Shown here in pieces: positions 44,709-53,190 of a stretch of 64,000 nucleotides of DNA (position 1 is its first letter; every line of letters starts with the position of its first letter). The position numbers were made by a program, and so were the translations under genes. Source of the DNA: an uncultured Lachnospiraceae bacterium (lineage in GTDB: Bacteria > Bacillota > Clostridia > Lachnospirales > Lachnospiraceae); assembly GCA_910584725.1 (NCBI GenBank), contig CAJUBE010000006.1:14801-78800 (forward strand), in the 5' to 3' direction. The notes under the pieces were generated by a model, which searched no databases, was not told where the DNA came from, and worked only from the letters and a program-made list of their open reading frames with translations.

Positions 44709-45071
44709 TACCCCTTTTCAGAAGTCCGTAAGCCAATTCGCCGCTCGCCTAGAGTGAGCAAACTCCCTCTAGCTCACTTGCGCTCATTGTATCATAACTT
44801 CGGTTGCCTATCTATACCGTTTCGGATTCTTCCGGCACAAAATTTACCCAAAAGATATAAATCTATTTGACAAAAGGCAACGAAAGTTGTGACTTCGCCG
44901 GGGAAAGCTCTCCCTCCATTGACAGCGAAAAAAACTATGCTATCGTTGTATGTAATAAAGTTAACAATTTTAAAGCATAAACGACCTATGGATTACGCCG
45001 AGTTGGCGATATCATTTATTGTTCAGAATCAAACAACAGAACAACCGAGGGCACTATAGATGACTATAGAG

Positions 45072-45111
45072 ATAAGACCTATGTGAGCAATTCACATAGG
45101 TCTTATTTTTT
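45072..45111 (+). terminator. strong intrinsic terminator 30 nt upstream of the chemoreceptor start
   Basis: 15-bp perfect stem ataagacctatgtga / tcacataggtcttat, loop gcaat, then TTTTT. Confidence 0.8.
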
Positions 45112-45253
45112 AAATTACACAAAAAGAAAGAAGGAAAATCATGAACAAACGGAAAAGTAGTATGAAGAACCAATTTTTAAGAAATCTTTTATTAGGTATG
45201 TTACTGCCATTTGTCATTATTTTTTTGTAATTGCAGTACAGATTTATAATGAT

Positions 45254-47173
45254 GTGCAGTCGGATAAAGAGGAAACTTATTCGACAATGGCGAATATGAT
45301 GGCTGATAATATCAAAGAGGTAGTATTGAAATATGTTTCTGTTGTGGAGACGGCAGCAGACAATGAAAATGTAACCAGTATGGATTATGAGAAAGCAGAA
45401 GCATACCTGAATACGATTATTTCAGAGAGCGGTGATGTTTGGTCACATTTTTTGATCACAGACAGCGAGGGAACAGAAATTGCCCATACCGACGGTGAAG
45501 AACATCGTGGAACATCTATCGCAGACAGAGAATATTATATTACACCGTGGAACGAGGGCACGACCGTTATTTGTGAACCTACCTTTTCAAAGAGCACCGG
45601 AAGAAGAATTTTGGCAATCGGTACGCCGATTGTCAGTGAGGGCAAAGAAATTGGTGTATTAGTCGGATTTGTGCGGTTGGAGTACATATCATTTGTTTTA
45701 AACGAATATCGCATCACGGACAACAATTATGTGTTTATGCTGAATTCGGATGGCGCATTGTCAGCTCATCCAAATGAAGACATTGTTTTAAAGCAAAACT
45801 GGGTAACAGGAGAGTGTGATGCGTCTGTTTCTTCGGATGAAATAGATAACATGACAGAGAATCAGAGACAAGCGATTGCCAATATGATGAAGGGCGAAGA
45901 AGGTGTTGTATCCGGAAATGATTATGTTTATACATATGCTCCGGTAGGAATTGGGGGAATGTCCATTTGTATTACGGCTCCCGTTAAGGAAGCGTATGAA
46001 ATCGTGAAGAACCTGCTGGGAATATTGCTCATATCCATTGTAATTATTATCATGATCGGAATTGTAACTTCTATCCTTATGGCAAAAAGTATAACAGCAC
46101 CGTTTACATGGATTGCACAACAGACGGAAGCGCTTGCTCATGGAAATACCGATTTGTCAGAGTACAGGATGGGGTATTCTTCTACGAAAGAAATGATAGA
46201 ATTAAAAGAAGCCATAGCGTTTCTGGCATCCAGTCTGGAAAGTATGCTTTCAAAACTGGATGTGGAATCAGAAAATATGTTAAACACAGTAGGAGTCATT
46301 GCTTCACGTGTGTCCAGTTCAAATGAAAGCGCAAATGATACATCTGCAACAATGCAGCAGCTCGCCGCAAGTATGGAAGAAATTTCTGCAACAACAGACA
46401 ACATGAATAATTCTACCATAACTACGGCAGAGACAATTCTTGAAATTGCCAAAAATTCTGAGAGTGGCGCAGTATTTGCAAAAGAATGTCAGTTAAGGGC
46501 AAAAGAAAGTGAAAAGACAGCATTAGATGGAAAATCATCGACGAATGAAATGGTAAGTGAGATTCGCTCCATTATGAAAGAGTCCATTGAAAATAGCAAG
46601 AAGGTAGATGACATTACAAAGCTTACAGCAGATATTTTAAGTATTGCCAGCCAGACCAATCTTCTTGCACTAAACGCTTCGATTGAAGCGGCGAGAGCAG
46701 GTGAGGTGGGCAAGGGCTTTGCCGTTGTTGCGGAAGAAATTCGTGAATTGGCAGAGCGTTCTCGAATGACCGCCAATAACATTCAGGAAATCAGTGAAAC
46801 CGTCATTGAAGCGGTAGAGAAACTGGCATCTGATTCCGGCGCCATGCTAGAATTTGTGGACGGAACCGTATTAAAGGACTATGATAAGTTTGCCGAGATT
46901 GCACAGTTTTATAGAGAAGATTCGACCCATTTGGAGAGTGTTCTCAGTGAATTTGCCGGTCAGGCAGATGATTTGCGTGAGAATACTGACGTACTAAAAG
47001 AAGGAATGAATGGAATTACCATTGCCATTGAAGAAAGTGCAAAGGGAATTGTGATGGTAGCGGAGTCAACCGCAGAACTGGTGAAAAATCTTGGTTCCAT
47101 CAAGGAGGACGACAACGACAATAAGCGTATTTCAAACGAGCTGCGTCAGGAAGTAGATAAGTTCCGTCAATAA
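45254..47173 (+). CDS. methyl-accepting chemotaxis protein (dCache-like sensor + HAMP + MCP signalling domain); the N-terminal TM segment is in another frame
   Basis: Signalling hairpin [40 protein letters not shown]. The expected N-terminus [29 protein letters not shown] is encoded from the ATG at 45141 in a different frame and stops at 45228-45230. Confidence 0.85.
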   Translation: MQSDKEETYSTMANMMADNIKEVVLKYVSVVETAADNENVTSMDYEKAEAYLNTIISESGDVWSHFLITDSEGTEIAHTDGEEHRGTSIADREYYITPWNEGTTVICEPTFSKSTGRRILAIGTPIVSEGKEIGVLVGFVRLEYISFVLNEYRITDNNYVFMLNSDGALSAHPNEDIVLKQNWVTGECDASVSSDEIDNMTENQRQAIANMMKGEEGVVSGNDYVYTYAPVGIGGMSICITAPVKEAYEIVKNLLGILLISIVIIIMIGIVTSILMAKSITAPFTWIAQQTEALAHGNTDLSEYRMGYSSTKEMIELKEAIAFLASSLESMLSKLDVESENMLNTVGVIASRVSSSNESANDTSATMQQLAASMEEISATTDNMNNSTITTAETILEIAKNSESGAVFAKECQLRAKESEKTALDGKSSTNEMVSEIRSIMKESIENSKKVDDITKLTADILSIASQTNLLALNASIEAARAGEVGKGFAVVAEEIRELAERSRMTANNIQEISETVIEAVEKLASDSGAMLEFVDGTVLKDYDKFAEIAQFYREDSTHLESVLSEFAGQADDLRENTDVLKEGMNGITIAIEESAKGIVMVAESTAELVKNLGSIKEDDNDNKRISNELRQEVDKFRQ

Positions 47174-47195
47174 AATAATATCGGGACAGTGTCTC

Positions 47196-47234
47196 CCTCC
47201 ATCTATCTTTTACACATGGTAGATGGAGGTTTTC
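47196..47234 (+). terminator. intrinsic terminator after the MCP gene
   Basis: cctccatcta-N14-tagatggagg followed by TTTT. Confidence 0.7.
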
Positions 47235-47273
47235 TATTTCCGTTTCATTTTCCCTTCACCCAGCAAAGCTTTA

Positions 47274-48245
47274 TCACTCACTCTTCTCCTTACCAACAAT
47301 CCCCCGTACCACCAACGCAATCCCCACCACACAGCACCCGATCAGCGCAAGCCATCTGATATTGCCGTCAACCGTATCCACATTCCAGATCAAGGGTTGG
47401 AACGCGGGAAGGGAACGCTCGACCCCGATCCACCTGTTGACCAGATAGTTAGCAAAGAATCCATAAACTCCGACTAACGTCGTGCATATTCCGGCTTTCA
47501 AAAATCCGTTGCAGTTTACATAACGTATCAACAGGAACGCAAACCATGCAAACAGCAGGCACGGAAAGGATATCTTCGGCGCAAGCTGCCCAAACTCCGG
47601 GGATTTCACATACACCCCGATCACGGACATCATCAGTATATATAGGAACGTATCGACAGCCATCACCGTCAGTCCCTTGTAGCTGCCAAGCAATGCTTTT
47701 AACGGCTGCGCATATACCGCGAACGGCAGAAAGCATACCGAAAGCCCGAACAAAACCGTCGCCGAAACGAGGAAAAACCATGTCCCATGGGTGTAAATGC
47801 AGATCACCCCAAATAACAGGAACAGACTTGCCGTAAATGTCCCCATCGTCCAGAGCAGCTTATGGTCCGGCATCATCAGCGGCACAATGCTGAGGGACGA
47901 CGCCGTAACCAGAGAAGCCAGCACGATAAAAAACCAGTCCAGCGCCGCGCCGGTCGCCAGATTCACAATCAGACAGACCAGCACCGGAATCATAAAAATA
48001 CCTGCAATCGCCGCACCGATCACGGCGGACTTCCTCTTAAAAAGTTTTGCCTGCCTGTGAAGCACGTCCACAGCCTCTGTCTCCAGACTGTTCTCCATCT
48101 CCTCGCTCCTCATCTGCCGTAAAAGCGCGGAACAATCCGTGCAGTCCGTCAGATGTTCCTCCACAAGCCCCCTGCTCTCCTCACTACAGATCTGATCCGC
48201 ATAGAGGGGAAGTAAATCCTTTATCACATTACAATGTAGTTTCAT
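47274..48245 (-). CDS. anti-sigma factor (zf-HC2) with a polytopic membrane domain
   Basis: MKLHCNVIKDLLPLYADQICSEESRGLVEEHLTDCTDCSALL is a zf-HC2 motif, followed by about 8 TM helices. It overlaps the sigma gene by 17 nt. Confidence 0.7.
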   Translation of the reverse strand: MKLHCNVIKDLLPLYADQICSEESRGLVEEHLTDCTDCSALLRQMRSEEMENSLETEAVDVLHRQAKLFKRKSAVIGAAIAGIFMIPVLVCLIVNLATGAALDWFFIVLASLVTASSLSIVPLMMPDHKLLWTMGTFTASLFLLFGVICIYTHGTWFFLVSATVLFGLSVCFLPFAVYAQPLKALLGSYKGLTVMAVDTFLYILMMSVIGVYVKSPEFGQLAPKISFPCLLFAWFAFLLIRYVNCNGFLKAGICTTLVGVYGFFANYLVNRWIGVERSLPAFQPLIWNVDTVDGNIRWLALIGCCVVGIALVVRGIVGKEKSE

Positions 48246-48732
48246 GAATCCCCATCCTTTCCATAAGCTTACATTTGGCACGGTGGTATGTGACCCTCGC
48301 CCAGCTCTCTGTCCTGCCGCAGATGCCGCTGATTTCCCGGAAAGACATCTCTCCGAAAATCCGCAGCTCAAACACCTTGCGGTAAGGCTCTTCCAGTTCT
48401 TGTAACGCCTGATGAATCTGGCAGGACGTGTCCTTGTCTTCCACTTCCCGCGCAATATCAATGCCGCTGTCGGCATCCGCATCAGACGGCATGGGTGCGG
48501 CACGCTTTGCCTGCCGACGCATTTCATCGACAAAAAGATTTCTGGCAATGGAACAGAGCCATGTCACCGCGTTTGCTTCCCCGCGAAAGGATGCGTTTGT
48601 GGTAAACGCCTTATAAAACGTCTCCTGCGTGATCTCCTCCGCCATGTGCGCCTTTCCCGCAAGCGCCATCACATAGGAATACACCCGCATATAGTACGTC
48701 TGATACAACTTTTCAAACGCCTCTTTCTCCAT
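48229..48732 (-). CDS. ECF (sigma-70 family) RNA polymerase sigma factor
   Basis: Region 2 AEEITQETFYKAF and region 4 FGEMSFREISGICGRTESWARVTYHRAK. Confidence 0.85.
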   Translation of the reverse strand: MEKEAFEKLYQTYYMRVYSYVMALAGKAHMAEEITQETFYKAFTTNASFRGEANAVTWLCSIARNLFVDEMRRQAKRAAPMPSDADADSGIDIAREVEDKDTSCQIHQALQELEEPYRKVFELRIFGEMSFREISGICGRTESWARVTYHRAKCKLMERMGIHETTL

Positions 48733-48829
48733 CTGCCATCACCTCTTTTTCCGTGCTTTCATGGGTTAGACGGATTCATTTCTGTTTTGTTACAACAATT
48801 CCACAAATTTTTTTACGTGATACATGCCA

Positions 48830-49234
48830 TTAATGACCGAGCGCATTTTCAACCGCTTTCTTGATGACAGTGCTGGAATTGGTTGCGCCCGACACCGCGT
48901 CCACATCTATTTTCTGCTCCGCAAGCATGTCGCTGATAACCGCCTCCGTGGCTTTTCCCCGCTCCTGCCTGTGCTCCAAAATGGCAATGTCCGTCATTTT
49001 CCCGTCACTAACCGTCACCTCCACTTTTGCATAGATAAAATTCACGTCATACTCCCCGACATAGACGCCGTCGGGAATCGCGGACAAATCTACGCTGCCT
49101 ATGACCGTTTCCTTTACCGCATTTTGGTAATCCGCCACGCTTTTCAGATAGACAGCCGTGCAGAGCAGACCAATCAAAAATAGGAAAATGGCGACACACA
49201 TAATGACTCTTCTTTTCGTAAATTTTTCTCTCAT
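48830..49234 (-). CDS. membrane-anchored FMN-binding domain protein
   Basis: N-terminal TM segment, then YAKVEVTVSDGKMTDI...VDAVSGATNSSTVIKKAV (FMN_bind SGAT motif). Confidence 0.7.
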   Translation of the reverse strand: MREKFTKRRVIMCVAIFLFLIGLLCTAVYLKSVADYQNAVKETVIGSVDLSAIPDGVYVGEYDVNFIYAKVEVTVSDGKMTDIAILEHRQERGKATEAVISDMLAEQKIDVDAVSGATNSSTVIKKAVENALGH

Positions 49235-49248
49235 CACTACCTCCGTAA

Positions 49249-49263
49249 TTCCGCTTCGCGGAA
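49249..49263. repeat. TTCCGC-N3-GCGGAA hairpin upstream of the RBS of 48830..49234
   Basis: Minus strand reads ttccgcgaagcggaa ttacGGAGGtagtg ATG. Confidence 0.7.
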
Positions 49264-49276
49264 AAGTTCTTCTCCC

Positions 49277-49909
49277 CTATTTTGCCGCGATCGAGCGGTA
49301 CAGCATGGAAAATCCATATTCCAGAAACTGCCCTTTCGACAAGCCCATAGCCTTCTCAATATATGCTTCTTTGTTTGCGGCAAGCTGTATCATTCCGAAC
49401 AACATGCCCCAAAAGTTAAATATGGCAGGCATGATTTCCAAGCCGCTTATCAAATCTCCCTTCTTCATGCCTTCCAGCAGGAACTCTTTTATCTTTTCAT
49501 TGATCTTTTCCCCGACCCGGTAAGTCTCCTTTTCCTCCGGCAGATACTCCCGGTTTTCAAAATCAACGTTGATCTTATCCAGCACCATTTTAAAATAGAA
49601 TGGAAATTCCTCCTGATACCGCACCAGTCCCTTACAGATTAAATAATACCGCTCTCGCGTGCTCTCCTTCCGTTCCAGCGCGGCGGATATGTAGTCATAC
49701 AGTTTTTTCATACTGTTTAATACCAGAATGCCTACGATTTCCTCTTTGTTCTCAAAATACACATAGAGCGTCGCCTTGCTGTACCCGGCGGCTTTCGCAA
49801 TATCGTCCATGGACGTGGCGGCGATCCCCTTTTCCAGAAACAGTGCCGACGCGGCAGACGCTATGTTTTCGCGGTGGACACTCAGAGGTTCTTTTTTTCT
49901 TCTGCCCAT
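49277..49909 (-). CDS. TetR/AcrR-family transcriptional regulator
   Basis: IASAASALFLEKGIAATSMDDIAKAAGYSKATLYVYF is the TetR HTH. AGGAG lies 5 nt upstream of the ATG at 49909. Confidence 0.85.
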   Translation of the reverse strand: MGRRKKEPLSVHRENIASAASALFLEKGIAATSMDDIAKAAGYSKATLYVYFENKEEIVGILVLNSMKKLYDYISAALERKESTRERYYLICKGLVRYQEEFPFYFKMVLDKINVDFENREYLPEEKETYRVGEKINEKIKEFLLEGMKKGDLISGLEIMPAIFNFWGMLFGMIQLAANKEAYIEKAMGLSKGQFLEYGFSMLYRSIAAK

Positions 49910-50109
49910 AGGTTCTCCTTTTTGAAAGTCATGAGTTTTTTTTAGAATTGATACAATTTTCCTTTTGCAGTTAATTAAACTCACGGTTTAATTGTATAAA
50001 GTATTTATTTTCTTGTCAATAGAATTATGTTTATGTTTGTGGTAAGATAAGGACATTGAACCTCTAAATAATTATTATGCTGCTATTTACCAGAAGGGAA
50101 ATCATACAT

Positions 50110-50598
50110 ATGGGAAATCTGACTATTCTCTTAAACGGCACACCCGAACGTTTCCGCCCCACGGCAGAACAGGTACTGCCCTCTTTTATCAAGTTATTTG
50201 AGGACTATGTTTCACAGATTACTCCACTGATGGAGCGGGACCATGCCATGCGCAGACAGAACGCAGACGGGAGTCTGAGCGAACAGATCGGCGCGCTGGA
50301 AGAAGAAAGTAAATCGGTAAAAGACAGGCTTTTGAAAGGACACATCACCAATAATATTTATGTATCGCCATTTGACACGGTTCCCAGCACCTTTGCCTAC
50401 TTTCATACTGGCGGAACGCTCCACTTTACCATGAAAACGGCAAAAAAGATTACCATTCATATTTCATTTACAGATGAGGACGGCAACGATACATACCACC
50501 GATTTATACTACGTCCCGCAGAAGGAAGGTGGCTGATTGACTGGTTCGGTTATAGCTGCGAAGGGGAAGAGGGACCATTTAAAAAATATGATCTGTAA
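50110..50598 (+). CDS. hypothetical protein
   Basis: 162-aa ORF from MGNLTILLNG. No motif recognised. Confidence 0.45.
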   Translation: MGNLTILLNGTPERFRPTAEQVLPSFIKLFEDYVSQITPLMERDHAMRRQNADGSLSEQIGALEEESKSVKDRLLKGHITNNIYVSPFDTVPSTFAYFHTGGTLHFTMKTAKKITIHISFTDEDGNDTYHRFILRPAEGRWLIDWFGYSCEGEEGPFKKYDL

Positions 50599-50611
50599 TA
50601 TGACAAACCGA

Positions 50612-50650
50612 GCGGCACAAAAATGCCGCCCTTCCCGTAAATCCCTATGT
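50612..50650 (+). repeat. direct repeat copy 1 (hairpin ggcggca-N6-tgccgcc plus ~20 nt)
   Basis: gcggcacaaaaatgccgcccttcccgtaaatccctatgt is about 35/40 identical to 51379-51418. Confidence 0.8.
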
Positions 50651-50726
50651 AAAAATCACGCTTGACAGCTCCCACTATATTTCCTATACTATAGAAAAAG
50701 GGATGGGTTTTTTGCCAAGTAAAATC

Positions 50727-51257
50727 TTATGATTTGAAAGGGTTGCTCGTTTCTTTTTTTATGTCAATCATATCATAAAGATACATTTTTCCATCAGCAT
50801 CATGTCGTATCAACATGGAAGCGTGAAATACATTGTACCGTTCTATTTCCCCACGTTCATCATACACAGGCAGCGCAAAGCGGGAATCATACCGATACCA
50901 GCCATTTGCGGCATTTCTGTTATGTTTTTCTCCAACATTTTTCCTATAATGTTTCCCAGCTGCAATCTCAATCATTTCTGGTATGCCTTGTGAGGCATTT
51001 GCCTTTGCCTTCGCATTTGCGCCTTTCAAAGAATATGTATACCGGGAACCTGTGTATTCATCTGGCAAATCCTTTCCAATATACACAATATCTTTTGTAT
51101 CAGCGATTTCATAAAATTCTCCCACATAACTTGTAAGATAACGCTTAACGTCATCCCAATTTACGGCTCTTTTTCCCTTGAAAATAATATCGTTAATCAA
51201 TACAATCCTATTCCCACTTAAATCGGTTATGATATTTACGTTCCTGTTCAAACCCAT
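50727..51257 (-). CDS. hypothetical protein (AT-rich, likely acquired)
   Basis: 176-aa ORF MGLNRNVNIITDLSGNRIVLINDIIFKGKRAVNWDDVKRYL... I have a vague memory of nuclease-like domains from polyvalent mobile-element proteins but cannot substantiate it. Confidence 0.45.
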   Translation of the reverse strand: MGLNRNVNIITDLSGNRIVLINDIIFKGKRAVNWDDVKRYLTSYVGEFYEIADTKDIVYIGKDLPDEYTGSRYTYSLKGANAKAKANASQGIPEMIEIAAGKHYRKNVGEKHNRNAANGWYRYDSRFALPVYDERGEIERYNVFHASMLIRHDADGKMYLYDMIDIKKETSNPFKS

Positions 51258-51378
51258 TTCCTCCGTTGAGTTGTCTGCCCTTATTGGTTATAACAAAATA
51301 TAACATAATAGTCAACAGAAAGTCGTGAATCAATAAAACAACAAATTAACGCAGTTTTCTGCCATCATAATATATAGG

Positions 51379-51418
51379 GCGGCACAAAAATGCCGCCCTT
51401 TCCCCGAAACTCCTATGT
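51379..51418 (+). repeat. direct repeat copy 2
   Basis: gcggcacaaaaatgccgccctttccccgaaactcctatgt. Confidence 0.8.
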
Positions 51419-51425
51419 TCCCTCA

Positions 51426-51971
51426 TCATCTCTCCACCAGATGTAGCCGCCGCAAAGTCGTGACCACCGGCTTGTAGATCAGAAAGGTAATCCCCGCGTT
51501 CAGCCCGCCCTTCAACAGATTAAAGGGCAGAAATGCCGTCAGCAGCAGCGCCTCCACCGCCTCCCGCGGATAGCCCATGTAGACCGGGGCGACCAGCCAG
51601 TTCCAGAGCATCATCACCGCGATCTGGCACGCCACCCCGCAGACAAGCGCCGCCACCGCGCCACGCCGTGTGCGGTGCCTTTTGTAGAGAAACGCCGCGG
51701 TACACGCAAAAGAGCCGCTTGAAATCATATTCATCATGCACCCCCAGACGCCCGTGCTGCTGATCGTAACCATCTCCACGACCGAGACTATCACCGCCAT
51801 CGCCAGTGAAGTGAGCGGTCCGAAAATCAGACCGCCGATCACGATCACCACATCCTTCGGGTCGTACTTTAGAAAAAGTACAACGGGAATGCGCCCGACC
51901 GCCACCGCTATGTACGCGAGCGCGCACAGCATCCCTACTGTTGTGAGTTTTTTTGTCCTGCTGTTTTTCAT
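51426..51971 (-). CDS. ribU: ECF-transporter S component, probably riboflavin-specific
   Basis: 181 aa with about 5-6 TM helices, MKNSRTKKLTTVGMLCALAYIAV. It sits directly downstream of an FMN riboswitch. Confidence 0.7.
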   Translation of the reverse strand: MKNSRTKKLTTVGMLCALAYIAVAVGRIPVVLFLKYDPKDVVIVIGGLIFGPLTSLAMAVIVSVVEMVTISSTGVWGCMMNMISSGSFACTAAFLYKRHRTRRGAVAALVCGVACQIAVMMLWNWLVAPVYMGYPREAVEALLLTAFLPFNLLKGGLNAGITFLIYKPVVTTLRRLHLVER

Positions 51972-51984
51972 TTTCCATTCCTCC

Positions 51985-52230
51985 TAAAATAAATTAACAC
52001 CTGAAAGTACCGATGCCTTTCAAGTGTTATAATTTTAGGTGTATTGAAAATGCCACCAGAGCAGTTGGACGATAAAGAGTGCACAAATCATTGCCAGAGT
52101 TCTTCTGACAATCTCAATACACCTTCTTTAATCCGGACTATACCGTCGGTTCTGGAATTTCACCAGCCCCCGCGCTTTCGCGCCCGCGGACTGTCACCGC
52201 CGATCGGGAATTTCACCCTGCCCTGAAGAC
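51985..52230 (-). promoter_or_regulatory. FMN riboswitch (RFN element) with a terminator expression platform
   Basis: Minus strand reads cttcagggcagggtgaaattcccgatcggcggtgacagtccgcg...ggtgaaattccagaaccgacggtatagtccggattaaagaagg, the RFN core. The terminator is aacacttgaaag-N9-ctttcaggtgtt + aatttatttt (51985-52028). Confidence 0.85.
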
Positions 52231-52256
52231 ATTACGACTATTCAGTTGTTTAAAAG

Positions 52257-52286
52257 AGTATAGCATACGGAAAAAGCGGACGTCAA
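52257..52286 (-). promoter_or_regulatory. sigma-A promoter of the riboswitch-ribU unit
   Basis: Minus strand reads TTGACG-18 nt-TATACT. Confidence 0.55.
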
Positions 52287-52288
52287 GC

Positions 52289-52732
52289 TCAGTTGTTAAA
52301 CGCCGTAATATTCGCCTCGTTCAGCGTGAAATCATAATAATTTAAGTCCTCCCGCCTCGTCCATCCGATCTGTTTCCAGAACGCGTTTCCGATATCGTTT
52401 TTCGTAAAAGCGATCAAAGACACTTTATTGATGTTTTCCGCCTTTAACGCCTCCATACAAAATACCACCATCGCTTTTCCGATGCCGCGCATCCGCCAGT
52501 CCTGTGCCACACACACATGGTAAAGGCATCCCCTTCTGCCGTCGTGCCCGCAGAGGATCGCGCCCACAATCCTGCCCTCCTCCACAGCCACCACGCTGGT
52601 GTCCGGGTTCCTCTCAAGAAAACGTGCCACGCCCTCTCTGGAATCGTCCAAGCTCCTTATGGCAAATCCCTTAATCGACATCCAAAGCGCTTTCACGCCA
52701 TCGTAATCTTCTATCGTCATTTTTCGTATCAT
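52289..52732 (-). CDS. GNAT-family N-acetyltransferase
   Basis: Acetyl-CoA binding pattern VCVAQDWRMRGIGKAMV. Confidence 0.8.
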   Translation of the reverse strand: MIRKMTIEDYDGVKALWMSIKGFAIRSLDDSREGVARFLERNPDTSVVAVEEGRIVGAILCGHDGRRGCLYHVCVAQDWRMRGIGKAMVVFCMEALKAENINKVSLIAFTKNDIGNAFWKQIGWTRREDLNYYDFTLNEANITAFNN

Positions 52733-52753
52733 ATGTATTCTCCGTTTCCTATA

Positions 52754-53190
52754 TTATGTCAACCTATGTGCAAGTTATGCAATTTGCTCCTCTGCGCTCG
52801 CATCTACTTCACAATATTAGATTTATGTAAACAGCATCTCTCATAATTCCTTCTAAGTTATGTAAATCTTTGCACCAGATTTTCAGTCCAGCAGCCCATA
52901 GATCTGATACATGGAAAGCATATTTTGAAGTGCAAGTTTTCTGCCCGTCAACTGCCTGTATGTCGCCGTCTTTGTTTTACCTTCCGCCTTCAGCGTTTCC
53001 ATTTTTTCCGAAACGGTCCCGTATTCCTCCTGAACCGCCTGCAGCATTTTTTCAAATTTTTCCTCCCGTTCAGACATCTTTTTCCCTCCGTCTCTTCTTC
53101 TGGTACACGGTTATATATTATGTAAACTTATTTTTGCCAATATTATGTTAACTATTATTAGTACCTAAGTTGTTTTTGCGTTATGTAAAC
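52754..53190 (+). repeat. cluster of 6-7 same-orientation copies of TTATGT(A/C/T)AAC flanking a 64-aa ORF
   Basis: Exact copies at 52823, 53118 and 53181. One-mismatch copies at 52754 (ttatgtcaac), 52858 (ttatgtaaat) and 53143 (ttatgttaac). A weaker copy at 52775. Confidence 0.8.
52883..53077 (-). CDS. small hypothetical helical protein
   Basis: MSEREEKFEKMLQAVQEEYGTVSEKMETLKAEGKTKTATYRQLTGRKLALQNMLSMYQIYGLLD. GGAGG lies 7 nt upstream. A candidate promoter TTGGCA-17-TATATA has a GTTTACATAA copy in its spacer. Confidence 0.45.
   Translation of the reverse strand: MSEREEKFEKMLQAVQEEYGTVSEKMETLKAEGKTKTATYRQLTGRKLALQNMLSMYQIYGLLD

Noticed and set aside
44940-45111. c-di-GMP (GEMM) or other known riboswitch upstream of the chemoreceptor gene
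   Set aside because: I could find no GEMM-I/II conserved motifs (GNRA tetraloop/receptor, ACGCACAGGGCAAACC-like core) or any other aptamer core I know. I kept it only as an unclassified leader/sRNA candidate.
50612-50634. ggcggca-N6-tgccgcc hairpins (also at 51379-51401) as ordinary intrinsic terminators
   Set aside because: Neither strand has a U-tract after the stem. The similarity extends ~20 nt beyond the hairpin, so I treated them as direct repeats flanking an inserted gene.
51520-51978. 152-aa ORF overlapping the ribU-like gene in another frame, and Ala/Gly/Arg-rich ORFs 7303..7594 over the TPM tail
   Set aside because: These are alternative frames of GC-rich or low-complexity coding sequence. 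The annotated frames have TM-helix or family signatures and proper RBS.
53101-53128. Possible chromosomal dif site (tggtacacggt tatata ttatgtaaact)
   Set aside because: Only the central region and the XerD arm match the Firmicute dif that I remember. The XerC arm does not match and does not mirror the right arm. Genes on both sides are on the minus strand, so there is no convergence of replichore orientation. Several further half-sites lie nearby. I kept it as a dif-half-site repeat cluster instead.
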